A stretch of DNA of 64,000 nucleotides from assembly GCA_038496445.1 (NCBI GenBank), contig JALMLS010000150.1, positions 100,326 to 164,325 of the forward strand. The letters run 5' to 3'. Position 1 is the first letter of the stretch; each line of letters begins with the position of its first letter. Of the stretch, positions 62,887 through 64,000 are shown piece after piece. The DNA is from Trichosphaerium sp. ATCC 40318. Its lineage: Eukaryota; Protista; Tubulinea. The notes beneath the pieces are model-generated. The model saw nothing but the letters and a program-made list of their open reading frames with translations, was not told the origin of the DNA and searched no databases. Both the position numbers and the translations under genes were made by a program.

Positions 62887-63711
62887 ATGAGTTCTTCGAG
62901 TTTGCTTGATCTTCCTTGTGAGCTTCAAAAGTATATATGCACGTTCGACATCGAAGCATTCACAAAGTTCCATACACTTTCAAAAAGAGCAGCTTTCAAC
63001 ACGCATTTTGACGAAAGACTAGAACGAAAAGGAAAATGGATATCATGGTACAAAAGTGGAAAGGTATGTACCCATGAATACGTATGGAATGGGTTGAGCA
63101 CATCGTGGCATGAGAACGGACAGCTCATGGAAGAGACTATGATAGTTGATGGTCAACTCAATGGTGAAAGCAAAGAGTGGTATGATAATGGACAACTTAA
63201 GGTACATGCCATGTATGTTGATGATAAACGACATGATGAATACAAAGAGTGGCATGAAAATGGACAACTCAAAGAACATAGTTCATGGGTTGATGACAAC
63301 CAAACTGGTGCATTTAAAGAATGGTATAGTAGTGGACAACTGAAAACACAGAACACATGGGTTGAGGGTCAGCTCCAAGGTGATTTCAAAAAGTGGTATG
63401 AAAATGGGCAACTTGAGGCACAAAGCACGTGGGTTGATGATAGACGAAATGGTGAATACAGGAAGTGGTATGAGAATGGTCAACTTATGCTACGGGAAAT
63501 GTTGGTTGATGGCAAGAAAAACGGAGATTTCAGTGTGTGGTATAAACATGGGATATGTAAGGTAGAAAGTACATGGGTTAATGGTAAACAAAATGGTACT
63601 GAAAAGCAGTGGTATGAAAATGGCCAACTTGCTGTACAAAGCACATGGGTTGATGATAAAAGGAAAGAATATAAAATGTGGGATACAGAAGGGCGACTTG
63701 AATATCCTTAA
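62887..63711 (+). CDS. F-box-like + MORN-variant (YwqK-like) repeat protein, intronless
   Basis: LLDLPCELQKYICTFD; about 8 repeats of 24 aa WYENGQL...WVD...G.YKE. Confidence 0.85.
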   Translation: MSSSSLLDLPCELQKYICTFDIEAFTKFHTLSKRAAFNTHFDERLERKGKWISWYKSGKVCTHEYVWNGLSTSWHENGQLMEETMIVDGQLNGESKEWYDNGQLKVHAMYVDDKRHDEYKEWHENGQLKEHSSWVDDNQTGAFKEWYSSGQLKTQNTWVEGQLQGDFKKWYENGQLEAQSTWVDDRRNGEYRKWYENGQLMLREMLVDGKKNGDFSVWYKHGICKVESTWVNGKQNGTEKQWYENGQLAVQSTWVDDKRKEYKMWDTEGRLEYP

Positions 63712-64000
63712 AAATCGTAAAAGACAAAAATTGTAATGACAATATAAAGTACTAAAATAAAACTCAATCAAAAACTTTCACACCTAGTGCACTGGATAGC
63801 AAAACTCAACTGAGAACAAGTTTGTGGGTACCACAGCCAAAGTTACAAACGTCCTCGTGACATTTTTAAGTGTGCTGACATAGGCAGAATAAACCAGAGG
63901 TGTTTGTAGGAATATGACCTTGCAATGTATGTTTATTTGGTTCAAGTGCGGTTTAAAAGTTTACAACTGCAAATTGTACTTTGTCATCTCCACGTTGCAT

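Noticed and set aside
62887-63711. YwqK-like repeats as a bacterial toxin-antitoxin pair or contamination
   Set aside because: No partner toxin nearby, F-box-like N-terminus, contiguous with intron-containing genes

Overview
Gene-dense, AT-rich eukaryotic nuclear DNA with many short (about 25-120 nt) spliceosomal introns, so the ORF track fragments most genes. The host is probably an amoebozoan-type protist (inference from gene content). I reconstructed about 30 genes by hand splicing. Housekeeping genes include SAC3/GANP, PS decarboxylase, NMNAT, a kinase, AOX, a TBC GAP, PhyH, SerA, Arf1, Sec24 and a Mic19-like protein. There are also several secreted or surface proteins, including a tandem duplication with one decayed copy. 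The top finding is a 5.2-kb gene (31141-36350, minus strand) encoding MORN repeats, a Roc-COR GTPase, a PARP-like ADP-ribosyltransferase with an intact H-Y-E triad, and a pseudo-receiver domain. This is a kinase-less Roco protein built like a sensor-switch-effector immune receptor, placed head-to-head with an F-box/PP2-lectin gene. Other notable items: two Rab GTPases with N-terminal acylation motifs and no C-terminal cysteines, intronless virus-like F-box repeat genes, an atypical UDG, a Rel/CudA-like IPT transcription factor abutting ankyrin exons, five GC-AG introns and a strong excess of CACGTG. No rRNA, tRNA, CRISPR array or transposase was recognised. All gene models are manual and unverified by transcript data.
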